From positions 992,001 to 1,056,000 of the forward strand of contig JBKBWQ010000001.1 of NCBI GenBank assembly GCA_046314355.1: 64,000 nucleotides of DNA, written 5' to 3'. A program made the position numbers and the translations under genes. Source of the stretch: Candidatus Altimarinota bacterium. GTDB lineage: Bacteria > Patescibacteriota > Gracilibacteria > 1-14-2-50-48-13. Shown piece by piece: positions 1-9,293 of this stretch (within the stretch, counting starts at the first letter, position 1; every line of letters starts with the position of its first letter). The notes under the pieces were generated by a model, which was given only the letters and a program-made list of their open reading frames with translations, ran no database searches and was not told the origin of the DNA.

Positions 1-155
1 GAGAAAAGAGTCTTTCCAACTGTATCATCAATAACCTGAACTGACAAACCTCTATTACTTCTAAACACAGAAACTCGTGGTCTTTCAGCAGAACCCGATA
101 CATGTGTTCTCACTCTAGTTTTTCTTCGTAGACGTGCTACAACTTTGCTGCTCAT
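1..155 (-). CDS. rplR: 50S ribosomal protein uL18 (5' part, runs off window)
   Basis: Hand translation [44 protein letters not shown]; follows rplF as in the spc operon. Confidence 0.95.
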   Translation of the reverse strand, partial: MSSKVVARLRRKTRVRTHVSGSAERPRVSVFRSNRGLSVQVIDDTVGKTLF

Positions 156-179
156 AACGTATAGAAACAAATAGTAAAT

Positions 180-725
180 TTATTTTCCAGCAGATTTACC
201 TGCCTTTCTAATAATATGCTCACCCTTATAACGAATTCCTTTACCCTTATATGGCTCAGGAGATCTTAACTCTCTAATATCAGAAGCAACCTGTCCTACA
301 AGTTCTTTATCAAAACCAGTAATTACAATAGTGTTCTTCTCATCTGGATCCATAGTAAAGGTTACTCCAGTTGGAGCAGGAACTTCTACTGGATGAGAGT
401 ATCCGAGAGAGAGAACAAGTTTTGCTCCCTGTACCTGAGCTTTATATCCTACTCCATGAATCTCAAGCTTCTTTTCAAATCCCTTACTTACACCTTGTAC
501 CATATTTGCGAGAATACTTCTAGCAAGCCCTTGGAATTTAGGAGCATCATCGACTTCTTTCCTTGTTACAGTAAGAACATCTCCATCAAGTTTTACTTCT
601 ACATATGCAACCGGGAACTCATAAGAGAGCTCACCCTTGCTACCTTTCACATGTACGACACTGTCTTGAACAGTCACTGTACATCCTGAAGGAATCGTAA
701 TAATTTTTTTACCAATGCGTGACAC
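180..725 (-). CDS. rplF: 50S ribosomal protein uL6
   Basis: MSRIGKK start, GVGYKA, PEPYKGKGIRY; GTG start. Confidence 0.98.
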   Translation of the reverse strand: MSRIGKKIITIPSGCTVTVQDSVVHVKGSKGELSYEFPVAYVEVKLDGDVLTVTRKEVDDAPKFQGLARSILANMVQGVSKGFEKKLEIHGVGYKAQVQGAKLVLSLGYSHPVEVPAPTGVTFTMDPDEKNTIVITGFDKELVGQVASDIRELRSPEPYKGKGIRYKGEHIIRKAGKSAGK

Positions 726-748
726 GGCGGTAGTGGTTAAATATAAAA

Positions 749-1141
749 TTAGTATACTTCACAGAGAACTTCTCCTCCTAGACCTGCATGATGAGCTTCA
801 TAGCTCGTCATTAGACCTTTTGAAGTAGAAATGATTGCGAGTCCATAACCATTGTTTACTGGCTTAATCTCTTGAGCCTTCTTATATACTCTCTTTCCAG
901 GAGTACTAATTCGATCAAAATCTGGTCGAATATCATCTATACCCTTCTCTGGAATAGTAAGTAGAAGATTTTTCTTTACTCCAATAGTTTCAACATCTAC
1001 TGATGCAAGATATTTATTCTTTTCAAGTATCTTTGCAATACCAAACTTAAGGTTTGAGTAAGGCAACTTTACAAGAGTCTTTCTGGCCTTATACGCATTT
1101 CTCAGTCTCGTGAGCAAATCTGCGATTGGATCTGTATTCAT
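749..1141 (-). CDS. rpsH: 30S ribosomal protein uS8
   Basis: DPIADLLTRLRNA, STPGKRVY, STSKG, GGEVLC. Confidence 0.98.
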   Translation of the reverse strand: MNTDPIADLLTRLRNAYKARKTLVKLPYSNLKFGIAKILEKNKYLASVDVETIGVKKNLLLTIPEKGIDDIRPDFDRISTPGKRVYKKAQEIKPVNNGYGLAIISTSKGLMTSYEAHHAGLGGEVLCEVY

Positions 1142-1176
1142 ATGAGTAGTTAAAAAATTTTTGTAAAATATAATGC

Positions 1177-1401
1177 TTACCAGCTTGCTTTTCGAATACC
1201 TACGATATCTCCGACAGATGCCTTTTCTCTAAAGCATATTCTGCACATCTGGAAAGCTCTTAAGTATCCTCGATTTCTTCCGCAAAGATTACATCTATGA
1301 TAAACCTTTGTTGGCATTACTGGTTTTTTTCCTGCCTTTACAGCTTTTGCTACTGCAGATGCATGTCTTGCCGTCTTAACTACGAGTGCTTTTCTAGCCA
1401 C
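1177..1401 (-). CDS. rpsN: 30S ribosomal protein uS14 (Zn-binding type)
   Basis: RCNLCGR...MCRICFRE, C-terminal KASW; operon position. Confidence 0.97.
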   Translation of the reverse strand: MARKALVVKTARHASAVAKAVKAGKKPVMPTKVYHRCNLCGRNRGYLRAFQMCRICFREKASVGDIVGIRKASW

Positions 1402-1426
1402 AGTGTATTAGATTTATAAATTAAAA

Positions 1427-1975
1427 TTACTTTTTTTGAAATGGAAGTCCCATGTGAATAAGAAGAGCTTTTCCTTCATCAGCAGTTTTCGCGCTTGTAG
1501 AAAAAGTAATCTGAACTCCGTGGATCATAATATCATCATCCTGTCTGATCTCTGGAAATACTGTCTGTTCCTTTAACCCGATTGAATAATTACCCTGTCC
1601 GTCAAAAGATTGAGTAGAAAGTCCTCTAAAGTCTCGAACTCGTGGAAAGATAACATGAACAAGTTTTGCAACAAATGCGTACATCTTTTTTCCTCTGAGT
1701 GTAACCATAAGACCTACAGGCATCCCCTGTCTAAGCTTAAAGTTTGAGATTGCTATCTTTGATTTTTTCACAACACACTTCTGCCCAGTAAGGATAGTAA
1801 GGTTGTTTGCAACAGCAGAGAAATCTTTGCTTTTCTGCATCATTGAACCAATTCCAATACTTACTACAACTTTTTCAAGATGAGGAAGTGCGTGAATATT
1901 TTTTTCATTGAGCTCTTTAGACAATCCTTCTCGGATGTTCTCTTTCAGCTCTGCCTGATAGGAAGCTTTTGCCAT
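1427..1975 (-). CDS. rplE: 50S ribosomal protein uL5
   Basis: FKLRQG, VTLRG, PRVRDFRG, FDGQGNY, FPEI. Confidence 0.98.
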   Translation of the reverse strand: MAKASYQAELKENIREGLSKELNEKNIHALPHLEKVVVSIGIGSMMQKSKDFSAVANNLTILTGQKCVVKKSKIAISNFKLRQGMPVGLMVTLRGKKMYAFVAKLVHVIFPRVRDFRGLSTQSFDGQGNYSIGLKEQTVFPEIRQDDDIMIHGVQITFSTSAKTADEGKALLIHMGLPFQKK

Positions 1976-2006
1976 AATTCTTTAAAGTAATATATAATGA
2001 GTAAAC

Positions 2007-2330
2007 TTATTTCTTTTTTGGAGCTTCAATCTTTGCACCAGTTTTCTTTGCAATACGTACTGTTTTTTTCTTTTCATCACGGTCAATCTTGATTCGTGAT
2101 GCTTTTTTTTCTTTAGAGTCGTAATACATTACATTAGAAACATCTATCCAGTTCTCCATTTTCTTAAGCTCACCTGGATTACCCATGTTCTTTTTTACAT
2201 GTTTTGTTACTACATTTACTCCTTCTACTTTTACTTTATTCGTATCGTGATCGGCAGCGATAATAACAGCGATTTTTCCTCTATCCTTACCTCTCATGAT
2301 TTTCACGGTATCGTTTAATGTAAGTTTCAT
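2007..2330 (-). CDS. rplX: 50S ribosomal protein uL24
   Basis: KOW motif DTVKIMRGKDRGK, VEGVN, IDVSNV. Confidence 0.97.
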   Translation of the reverse strand: MKLTLNDTVKIMRGKDRGKIAVIIAADHDTNKVKVEGVNVVTKHVKKNMGNPGELKKMENWIDVSNVMYYDSKEKKASRIKIDRDEKKKTVRIAKKTGAKIEAPKKK

Positions 2331-2362
2331 ACTGATGTTACAAAGATTATAAATGAAATATA

Positions 2363-2731
2363 TTACAACACTTCAGGCGCAAGAGAAATGATCTTCTGAA
2401 ATCCTTTAGTTCTAAGCTCTCTTGGAATTGGTCCAAATATACGTGTTCCTTTAGGCATAAGATCTGCTCCGATGATTACAGCAGCGTTATCATCAAATCG
2501 AATGTAGCTTCCGTCTTTTCTTCGGATTTCTTTCTTACATCGAACAATAACAGCCTTCTGAACAGACTTTTTCTTTACAACTCCTTTAGCAGAAGCCTCC
2601 TTGATAGAAACCACAACAACATCTCCAACCTCAGCATATCGTCTCTTTGATCCTCCAAGAACTTTAATACACATAGCCTCCTTTGCTCCACTGTTGTCCG
2701 CGATTCCCATTCGTGATTGTACCTGAATCAT
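2363..2731 (-). CDS. rplN: 50S ribosomal protein uL14
   Basis: ADNSGAK, FDDNAAV, GTRIFGP, SLAPEVL. Confidence 0.99.
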   Translation of the reverse strand: MIQVQSRMGIADNSGAKEAMCIKVLGGSKRRYAEVGDVVVVSIKEASAKGVVKKKSVQKAVIVRCKKEIRRKDGSYIRFDDNAAVIIGADLMPKGTRIFGPIPRELRTKGFQKIISLAPEVL

Positions 2732-2764
2732 ATTATTCTTTTAAAATTAAGTATATACGAGTAA

Positions 2765-3019
2765 TTATTTTACAACTTCGACAAGCTCCCATCTCTTGAG
2801 CTTGCTTAATGGTCGAGTCTCTTTAATTACAACAACCTGTCCAGAAGCACATTCATTATTCTCGTCGTGAGCATAAAACTTCTTTGAAATCTTGTATCGT
2901 TTCTGATACTTAGGATGTACCTTGTAGGTATCTACCTTAACTACGATAGTTTTATCCATCTTAGTAGAAAGTACTACTCCTTTTTTAGTTCTAATTTGTG
3001 GTGCCTGGTTCTGTGTCAT
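2765..3019 (-). CDS. rpsQ: 30S ribosomal protein uS17
   Basis: [22 protein letters not shown]; ATG at 3019 preferred over the TTG at 3034. Confidence 0.96.
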   Translation of the reverse strand: MTQNQAPQIRTKKGVVLSTKMDKTIVVKVDTYKVHPKYQKRYKISKKFYAHDENNECASGQVVVIKETRPLSKLKRWELVEVVK

Positions 3020-3051
3020 AGTGACTTGTCGCAAAAAATGTAAGTGTAAAA

Positions 3052-3456
3052 TTATTCTGTAAGGAACTTTGTCTGAAGAGGAAGCTTATGAGAAGCTAGT
3101 CTAAACGCCTCTCGGGCAGTAGCTTCATCAACACCGTCAATTTCAAAAATGATTTTTCCTGGTTTTACTGCTGCTCTATAGAACTCTACAGAACCCTTTC
3201 CTGATCCTTGCGGAGTCTCTGCTGCTTTCTTAGTAAAAGGACGATCTGGAAAAATTCTAATCCAGATTTTACCACCTCTTTTAAGATATCTTGTCATAGT
3301 TCGTCGTGCAGCCTCAAGCTGACGAGAGCTAATATATCCTCTTGTTGTAGCCTTAAGAGCGAATGATCCGAAACTTATAGTACTTCCTCTATTTGCAAGT
3401 CCCTTTAATCTTCCTCGTTGTGCTTTACGATATTTAGTTTTTTTCGGTGCTAACAT
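3052..3456 (-). CDS. rplP: 50S ribosomal protein uL16
   Basis: [28 protein letters not shown]. Confidence 0.98.
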   Translation of the reverse strand: MLAPKKTKYRKAQRGRLKGLANRGSTISFGSFALKATTRGYISSRQLEAARRTMTRYLKRGGKIWIRIFPDRPFTKKAAETPQGSGKGSVEFYRAAVKPGKIIFEIDGVDEATAREAFRLASHKLPLQTKFLTE

Positions 3457-3533
3457 AAGAACTTATGTAAAAAATTACTCGATTAATGTATAGTTAGAAT
3501 AGCAATAAGTCAATAGCAAGTTGGCTTGCTGAC

Positions 3534-4193
3534 TTAAGCTTCATTAGAAACGGTCTGTGCTTTTTTCTTAAACTTTTCTCCCTTATAGATCCATACCTTG
3601 ATTCCGATTGCTCCATATGTAGTATGTGCAGCCACATGCGCGAAATCAATATCTGCTCGGAATGTATGAAGTGGGATATTTCCATCTTTGAAGAACTCTT
3701 TTCGTGCGATTTCTGCTCCATTGAGTCTTCCACCTGCTTTGATCTTAATTCCAATTGCTCCAGCCTCTCTACTCTTTTCAATAGCTGCCTTTACTGCTCT
3801 TCGATATGGGATTCTTTTCTCAATCTGCTGAGCAATAGATGCTGCTACTAACTCTGCATCAAGTTCAGGTTTTTTAATTTCCTTAATATTGATAGTGAAG
3901 ACTTTGTTAAACTTTGTCTGTAGAGCAATTCGAAGTTTATCAATATTATCTCCTTTTTTACCAATGATCATTCCTGGTTTAGCAGAGAATACATTGACGA
4001 CGATACTTTGAAGAGATCTTTCTATTTCAACCTTGGAAACTCCGCAGTTTTTCAAAATAGTTTTAACGAGTTTCTTAATTTGGATGTCATCATGAAGGAA
4101 CTGAGCAAAAGTTGCTTTTGGAGCATACCAACTTGATCCCCAAGTTCTCGTGATACCAAGTCTAATTGAATGTGGATTAACTTTCTGACCCAT
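3534..4193 (-). CDS. rpsC: 30S ribosomal protein uS3
   Basis: MGQKVNP, GRLNGAEIAR, PLHTFRADID, GIKVWI. Confidence 0.98.
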   Translation of the reverse strand: MGQKVNPHSIRLGITRTWGSSWYAPKATFAQFLHDDIQIKKLVKTILKNCGVSKVEIERSLQSIVVNVFSAKPGMIIGKKGDNIDKLRIALQTKFNKVFTINIKEIKKPELDAELVAASIAQQIEKRIPYRRAVKAAIEKSREAGAIGIKIKAGGRLNGAEIARKEFFKDGNIPLHTFRADIDFAHVAAHTTYGAIGIKVWIYKGEKFKKKAQTVSNEA

Positions 4194-4208
4194 GGTGTAA
4201 ATTAATAA

Positions 4209-4532
4209 TTAGATACCTACCTCTACAAAAATATGTGACGTTCTCTTCAAGATTCTTCGTGCTCGTCCTCTGGAGACTGGATTAATTCTTTTAAGAGTTG
4301 GTCCTGGAACTATGAGAAGAGACTTGATAACAAGTTCATCCTCTTTCTGTGCAAAGTTATTTACTGCATTTGCAGATGCAGACTTTACTGCTTTGTAAAC
4401 TTCCATAGCTGGTTTCTTATTAAGAAACTTAAGTTCAGCCAAGGCAGTCTTTACTTTCTTATTTCTCACAAGGCCGGCCACAATGTTGACCTTTTTAGGA
4501 GAAATCCGAACATACTTTCGTACTGCTTTCAT
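4209..4532 (-). CDS. rplV: 50S ribosomal protein uL22
   Basis: RISPKK, SASANA, KRTSHI. Confidence 0.97.
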   Translation of the reverse strand: MKAVRKYVRISPKKVNIVAGLVRNKKVKTALAELKFLNKKPAMEVYKAVKSASANAVNNFAQKEDELVIKSLLIVPGPTLKRINPVSRGRARRILKRTSHIFVEVGI

Positions 4533-4563
4533 CGTCTCTGGAGTAAAAATTTAATTGGTGATA

Positions 4564-4854
4564 TTATTTCTTTAAGTTTCCGGTCATTCTAGCAAGCTGA
4601 CCTCCATGTCCTCGGAATTTTCTCGTAATTGAGAATTCACCAAGTCTGTGACCAACCATGTTTTCTGTACAAAAGACAGGAATGAATTCCTTACCATTGT
4701 AGACACCGAGAGTAACTCCAACAAAATCTGGAGAAATCACACTGTCTCTTGACCAAGTTTTAATAATCTTCTTTGCATTTTCATTGCGAGCTTTCTGTAC
4801 CTTTAGTAAGAGTCTTTCATCAATGAAATATCCTTTTTTAGAGCTTCTAGACAC
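4564..4854 (-). CDS. rpsS: 30S ribosomal protein uS19
   Basis: [23 protein letters not shown]. Confidence 0.98.
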   Translation of the reverse strand: MSRSSKKGYFIDERLLLKVQKARNENAKKIIKTWSRDSVISPDFVGVTLGVYNGKEFIPVFCTENMVGHRLGEFSITRKFRGHGGQLARMTGNLKK

Positions 4855-4879
4855 GGCTTATAGGTGTAAGAAATTAAAA

Positions 4880-5707
4880 TTAACGTTTTTTCACGATAAG
4901 CTTCGTAGAAGCTTTCTTTTTTCTTCGAGTCTTTACTCCAAGTGCAGGCTTACCCCAAGGAGTCTTCGGATGCTTAAGACCGATTGAGTTTGACCCTTCT
5001 CCTCCTCCGTGTGGATGATCTACAGGGTTCATAACTTTACCTCGTACTTCAGGTCTCTTTCTCATCCATCTTGATCGACCAGCCTTACCAATCACCATAT
5101 TTCCATGATCGATATTACTAAGCTGTCCGAGAGTTGCGTAACATACATTTCTAATATAACGAGTCTCACCTGAAGGAAGTGCTACAAGAGCAAGCTCGCC
5201 TTCCTGACCTAGAACCTTTGCAGAAAGTCCAGCACCTCGTACAAGCTGTCCTCCCTTACCTGGCTGAAGTTCAATGTTGTAGACTGCATATCCTTCTGGA
5301 ATATGCTTAAGCTGCATTCTATTTCCCGTCTTATACTTTACTTTCTCTCCGCATATGATCTGATCTCCAACTTTCATATCGATACCAGCAAGTACATATC
5401 TCTTTTCTCCATCAGCGTAGAAGACTAGTGCAATAAATGCAGATCTATTTGGATCATACTCGATTGCTTTAATAGTACCAGATATATTGAGCTTATCAGT
5501 CTGAAGAAAATCAACCATTCGATAAAGTCTTTTATGTCCTCCACCTCTGTGTCTTACAGTGATTTTTCCCTGATTGTTTCGTCCTGCGTTATTCTTCTTT
5601 GATACAAGAAGCGCCTTTTCTGGTTCTTTCTTTGTAAGACCTGAATAGTCTACCACGGACATCTGTCTTCTTCCCGGAGTAAAGGCTCTATACTTTTTAA
5701 TTGCCAT
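4880..5707 (-). CDS. rplB: 50S ribosomal protein uL2
   Basis: RHRGGGHKR, EYDPNRSA, MNPVDHPHGGGEG. Confidence 0.99.
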   Translation of the reverse strand: MAIKKYRAFTPGRRQMSVVDYSGLTKKEPEKALLVSKKNNAGRNNQGKITVRHRGGGHKRLYRMVDFLQTDKLNISGTIKAIEYDPNRSAFIALVFYADGEKRYVLAGIDMKVGDQIICGEKVKYKTGNRMQLKHIPEGYAVYNIELQPGKGGQLVRGAGLSAKVLGQEGELALVALPSGETRYIRNVCYATLGQLSNIDHGNMVIGKAGRSRWMRKRPEVRGKVMNPVDHPHGGGEGSNSIGLKHPKTPWGKPALGVKTRRKKKASTKLIVKKR

Positions 5708-5733
5708 ACGAGTATGTAGTTACAAATGGATAA

Positions 5734-6012
5734 TTATTTAAGCTTTTCAAAATCAATTTCTTTTGAGTTCTTTGCAAGAAATACAAGAGCTTTTTTCTGT
5801 GCCTGTCTTCTTGTAAGAGTTTTTCCTCTTCCAACGATACGTTTTTTAGATTTTACTGAAAGTATTGCAACCTTAGCTACAGATACTTCAAATGTTTTTT
5901 CTATTTCTTTCTTTACTTCAATCTTATTCGCAGTAGTAGGAACTTTAAAAGTATAAACCCGTACAGCCTCCAAGAGAGATGTCTTTTCTGAAACAATAGG
6001 TGTGAGTTTCAT
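5734..6012 (-). CDS. rplW: 50S ribosomal protein uL23
   Basis: PIVSEKT, YTFKV, ANKIEVK, KKALV; ATG at 6012 avoids overlap with rplD. Confidence 0.93.
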   Translation of the reverse strand: MKLTPIVSEKTSLLEAVRVYTFKVPTTANKIEVKKEIEKTFEVSVAKVAILSVKSKKRIVGRGKTLTRRQAQKKALVFLAKNSKEIDFEKLK

Positions 6013-6025
6013 TCTATATAAAAAA

Positions 6026-6646
6026 TTATTGAGTAACATACATTCCTTCGAATTTCTCCAAAGCTGCTTTTGTAAAAATAACACGCTCGTTAATGAGAAG
6101 ATCCATTACCTTTACTGAGTCAACACTCTTAACAGAAACATTAGCTACATTTTTTATAGCTTTAGTGATTGCAGAATGAGGAAGATCATAGATAATAGAA
6201 GACTTTCCCTGAGGGAGAAGACTAAGCATTTTTACTGTATCCTTAGATTTAAGAATATCCTTATCAAAAGAAATTACAGAGAGCTTTCCTTCTTTTGCAA
6301 CAAGTGAAAGAGCACTGAAGAGAGCAAGTCTCTTTTCTTTAATAGGCATTTTCTTAGAAAAATTTCTAACTCCTCTAGGTCCAAAAGCAACTCCGCCTCC
6401 TATAAAGTGAGGATTAGTTGTTGATCCTTGTCGTGCATTACCAGTACCTTTTTGTCTAAAAGGTTTCTTTCCTCCACCTCTTACCTGAGCTTTTGAAAGA
6501 GTAGACGCGAGATTATATCTCTTGTTACTTTCATTCACCCTAAGGGCCTTATGCATAGCCGGAGCAGATTCTTCTATGTTAAAAATATCGTCAGATACCT
6601 TAATCTTAGATGCAACTCCTTCTTGTGAAAATAATTGTAGTTCCAT
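6026..6646 (-). CDS. rplD: 50S ribosomal protein uL4
   Basis: GGGKKPFRQKGTGNARQGS, GGGVAFGP. Confidence 0.98.
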   Translation of the reverse strand: MELQLFSQEGVASKIKVSDDIFNIEESAPAMHKALRVNESNKRYNLASTLSKAQVRGGGKKPFRQKGTGNARQGSTTNPHFIGGGVAFGPRGVRNFSKKMPIKEKRLALFSALSLVAKEGKLSVISFDKDILKSKDTVKMLSLLPQGKSSIIYDLPHSAITKAIKNVANVSVKSVDSVKVMDLLINERVIFTKAALEKFEGMYVTQ

Positions 6647-6651
6647 GAAAC

Positions 6652-7218
6652 TTAAAATGATATATATACTGTACTACCCTGACTTCCTGGCACTGCTCCT
6701 TTTACAACTAAGAGTGAGTTCGTTGTATCAATATCGAGTAGAGGTACTCCTCTAAGAGTAACTGTATCTGTACCCATATGTCCTGGCATTTTTCTACCTG
6801 GTCGAGTTCTTCTTGGTTTTCTGTTACCAATAGATCCAATTGCTCGGACATATTTAGCACCATGAGAACCTCGTCCTCCCTTAAAATTATGTCTCTTCAT
6901 ACCTCCTTGGAATCCTTTACCTTTTGAAACTCCTGTAACACGTACCTCAGAAACTCCATCAAGAATATCAACTCCATACTCAGCATCTTTTTCAGCTCCT
7001 TTTCCCTCAGTAAGAGGAAACTGCTTAATTTCTCCAAAATTCTTTTTAGATTCAGAATACTTAGTACCCACTACCACTGCGTCAACATTGTCGTTCTCTT
7101 TTGTCTTCACCTGTAAAACCTTATGGTTTTTCACATGAAGAATGGTTCCAGGAATAAAATGTCCTTTATCATTCTTCACTTGTGTCATTCCTATTTTTTC
7201 TGCGATTAAACCTGCCAT
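6652..7218 (-). CDS. rplC: 50S ribosomal protein uL3
   Basis: KIGMTQ, SKGKGFQG, KMPGHMG, KGAVPG. Confidence 0.98.
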   Translation of the reverse strand: MAGLIAEKIGMTQVKNDKGHFIPGTILHVKNHKVLQVKTKENDNVDAVVVGTKYSESKKNFGEIKQFPLTEGKGAEKDAEYGVDILDGVSEVRVTGVSKGKGFQGGMKRHNFKGGRGSHGAKYVRAIGSIGNRKPRRTRPGRKMPGHMGTDTVTLRGVPLLDIDTTNSLLVVKGAVPGSQGSTVYISF

Positions 7219-7243
7219 AAATAAAGAAACTTAAAAAAAAGTA

Positions 7244-7564
7244 TTATTCTGCTATCATTTTTATCGAAATATCTACACCGGACTGTAGACTCAAATTCTG
7301 AAGTGCATCAACTGTCTTAGGATTGATTTCAGTAATATCCAAGAGACGAACGTGCGTCTTCATTTCAAACTGATCTCTAGCATCTTTATGCTTAAAAGTA
7401 GATCGGTTGACTGTAATAAGCTTTCTATTAGTTGGCATAGGAATTGGTCCTATAACAATAGCGCCTGTTCTTTGAGCTGTGTCTACAATCTGGTTTACAC
7501 ATTCCTGAATAATATTTTTATCAAAAGCCTTAACTTTGATTCTAATTTTTTGACTTTTTGCCAC
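7244..7564 (-). CDS. rpsJ: 30S ribosomal protein uS10
   Basis: IRIKVKAFD, GPIPMPT, HKDARDQFE. Confidence 0.98.
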   Translation of the reverse strand: MAKSQKIRIKVKAFDKNIIQECVNQIVDTAQRTGAIVIGPIPMPTNRKLITVNRSTFKHKDARDQFEMKTHVRLLDITEINPKTVDALQNLSLQSGVDISIKMIAE

Positions 7565-7578
7565 AGTGCGTGCTAATT

Positions 7579-7620
7579 AAAAAATGAAGCCCTATACCAG
7601 GGCTTGCGCCCGGTATAGGG
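7579..7620 (-). terminator. GC-rich hairpin between tuf and rpsJ (terminator/attenuator-like)
   Basis: Minus strand CCCUAUACC-GGGC-GCAA-GCCC-U-GGUAUAGGG followed by CUUCAUUUUUU. Confidence 0.6.
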
Positions 7621-7635
7621 TAAGTATATTAACGA

Positions 7636-8838
7636 TTACTCGATAATCTTAGTAATAACTCCAGCTCCAACAGTTCGTCCACCTTCTCGGATTGCAAATC
7701 GAGTTCCCTCGTTCATCGCGATTGGAGAACCTAATGTTACATTCATCTTAGTGTTGTCTCCTGGCATAACCATCTCAACCCCTGGAAGAAGTTCAATCTC
7801 ACCAGTAACGTCAGTAGTTCTGATGTAGAACTGTGGTTTGTATCCCTTAAAGAAAGGAGTATGTCGTCCACCTTCTTCCTTAGTAAGTACATATACCTCT
7901 GACTCAAACTTAGTATGAGGCTTGATTGATCCTTTATGAGCAAGAACCTGTCCTCGCTCAATTTCCTCTCGCTCAATACCTCGGAGAAGTACTCCAACGT
8001 TATCTCCAGCCTGTCCCTGATCAAGCTCCTTTCGGAACATCTCAACTCCAGTAACAACGATTTCTCGAGTCGGATTGATACCGATAAGCTCAACTACCTC
8101 GCCTACCTTTACAATTCCCTGCTCAACTCGTCCTGTAGCAACAGTTCCTCGTCCCTTAATAGAGAATACATCCTCTACTGGCATAAGGAAAGGCTTATCG
8201 AGTACTCGCTCTGGTTGAGGAATATACTCGTCAACTGCCTTAAGAAGCTCAAGAATTGGAGCAGCTGCAGTCGCATCTGCTGGATTTTCAGTAGCCTTAA
8301 GAGCAGATCCCTTAATAACTGGAAGAGTATCACCTGGGAAATCATAGCTAGAAAGAAGTTCTCGAACCTCCATCTCAACTAGATCAAGAAGCTCAGGATC
8401 GTCCACCATGTCTACTTTATTCAAGAAAACAACAATGTACGGAACGTTAACCTGCTTAGCAAGAAGGATATGCTCTCGAGTCTGAGGCATAGGACCGTCA
8501 GCTGCAGAACATACTAGGATAGCTCCATCCATCTGTGCAGCACCAGTAATCATGTTCTTCACATAGTCAGCATGTCCAGGACAGTCAACGTGTGCATAAT
8601 GTCTTGTAGGTGTCTCGTATTCAGAATGATGAGTAGCAATAGTAATACCTCTCTCTCTCTCCTCTGGAGCACTGTCGATGTCAGCATAGTTCTCTACCTT
8701 TGAATTGTAACCCTGATCCTTATGAGAACCACAAACCATTGTGATCGCAGCAGTCAAAGTTGTTTTACCGTGGTCAACGTGTCCGATAGTACCGATGTTG
8801 ACATGTGGTTTGCTTCGTACAAACTTTCCCTCAGCCAT
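7636..8838 (-). CDS. tuf: Elongation factor Tu
   Basis: [28 protein letters not shown]. Confidence 0.99.
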   Translation of the reverse strand: MAEGKFVRSKPHVNIGTIGHVDHGKTTLTAAITMVCGSHKDQGYNSKVENYADIDSAPEERERGITIATHHSEYETPTRHYAHVDCPGHADYVKNMITGAAQMDGAILVCSAADGPMPQTREHILLAKQVNVPYIVVFLNKVDMVDDPELLDLVEMEVRELLSSYDFPGDTLPVIKGSALKATENPADATAAAPILELLKAVDEYIPQPERVLDKPFLMPVEDVFSIKGRGTVATGRVEQGIVKVGEVVELIGINPTREIVVTGVEMFRKELDQGQAGDNVGVLLRGIEREEIERGQVLAHKGSIKPHTKFESEVYVLTKEEGGRHTPFFKGYKPQFYIRTTDVTGEIELLPGVEMVMPGDNTKMNVTLGSPIAMNEGTRFAIREGGRTVGAGVITKIIE

Positions 8839-8918
8839 GAGTGTAGTGTGTTAAAATATAGTATTAAAGTAGGAATTTACAGTAAATGTATCCAAACTAC
8901 TGTTAATAAGCGATAGCT

Positions 8919-8947
8919 AGACTATCAAAAATAAAATACTTTGACAA
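8919..8947 (-). promoter_or_regulatory. Putative sigma70 promoter of the tuf-S10 transcript
   Basis: Minus strand TTGTCA-17 bp-TAGTCT with extended TG. Confidence 0.55.
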
Positions 8948-9211
8948 GCCTTTTTTTAGTTTTTTTACCGGTATCTGAAAGCTGTAGAAAAATTTTTATA
9001 TAAATCACATAATTTTAGGAATAGAAGTACTTCTATTCTGTTTCTATATCTAGGACGCGCCTCTAAAGAAAATCTCAGTATGAACATTATTTTTATTCAG
9101 AAAAATAAAGGTGCATATAATAGTATGAATGTCGTTTTAAATATTATTTTTACAAATAATAAATTTTGTATACAGCTACCTACAATTTTTCCTACATTGT
9201 GCTTTGTTTTA

Positions 9212-9240
9212 TTGACATTTTATACACAAACGAATAGAGT
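9212..9240 (+). promoter_or_regulatory. Putative sigma70 promoter of rsmH-ftsL
   Basis: TTGACA-17 bp-TAGAGT. Confidence 0.55.
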
Positions 9241-9293
9241 ATTTCTCGATAATACATATCAGAAATCCCACTGCACTTACCAAACTATTCCCT

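Noticed and set aside
393-8916. Short antisense and alternate-frame ORFs over r-protein genes and tuf
   Set aside because: Shadow ORFs of conserved genes with no motifs; the same applies to the nested ORFs elsewhere in the track
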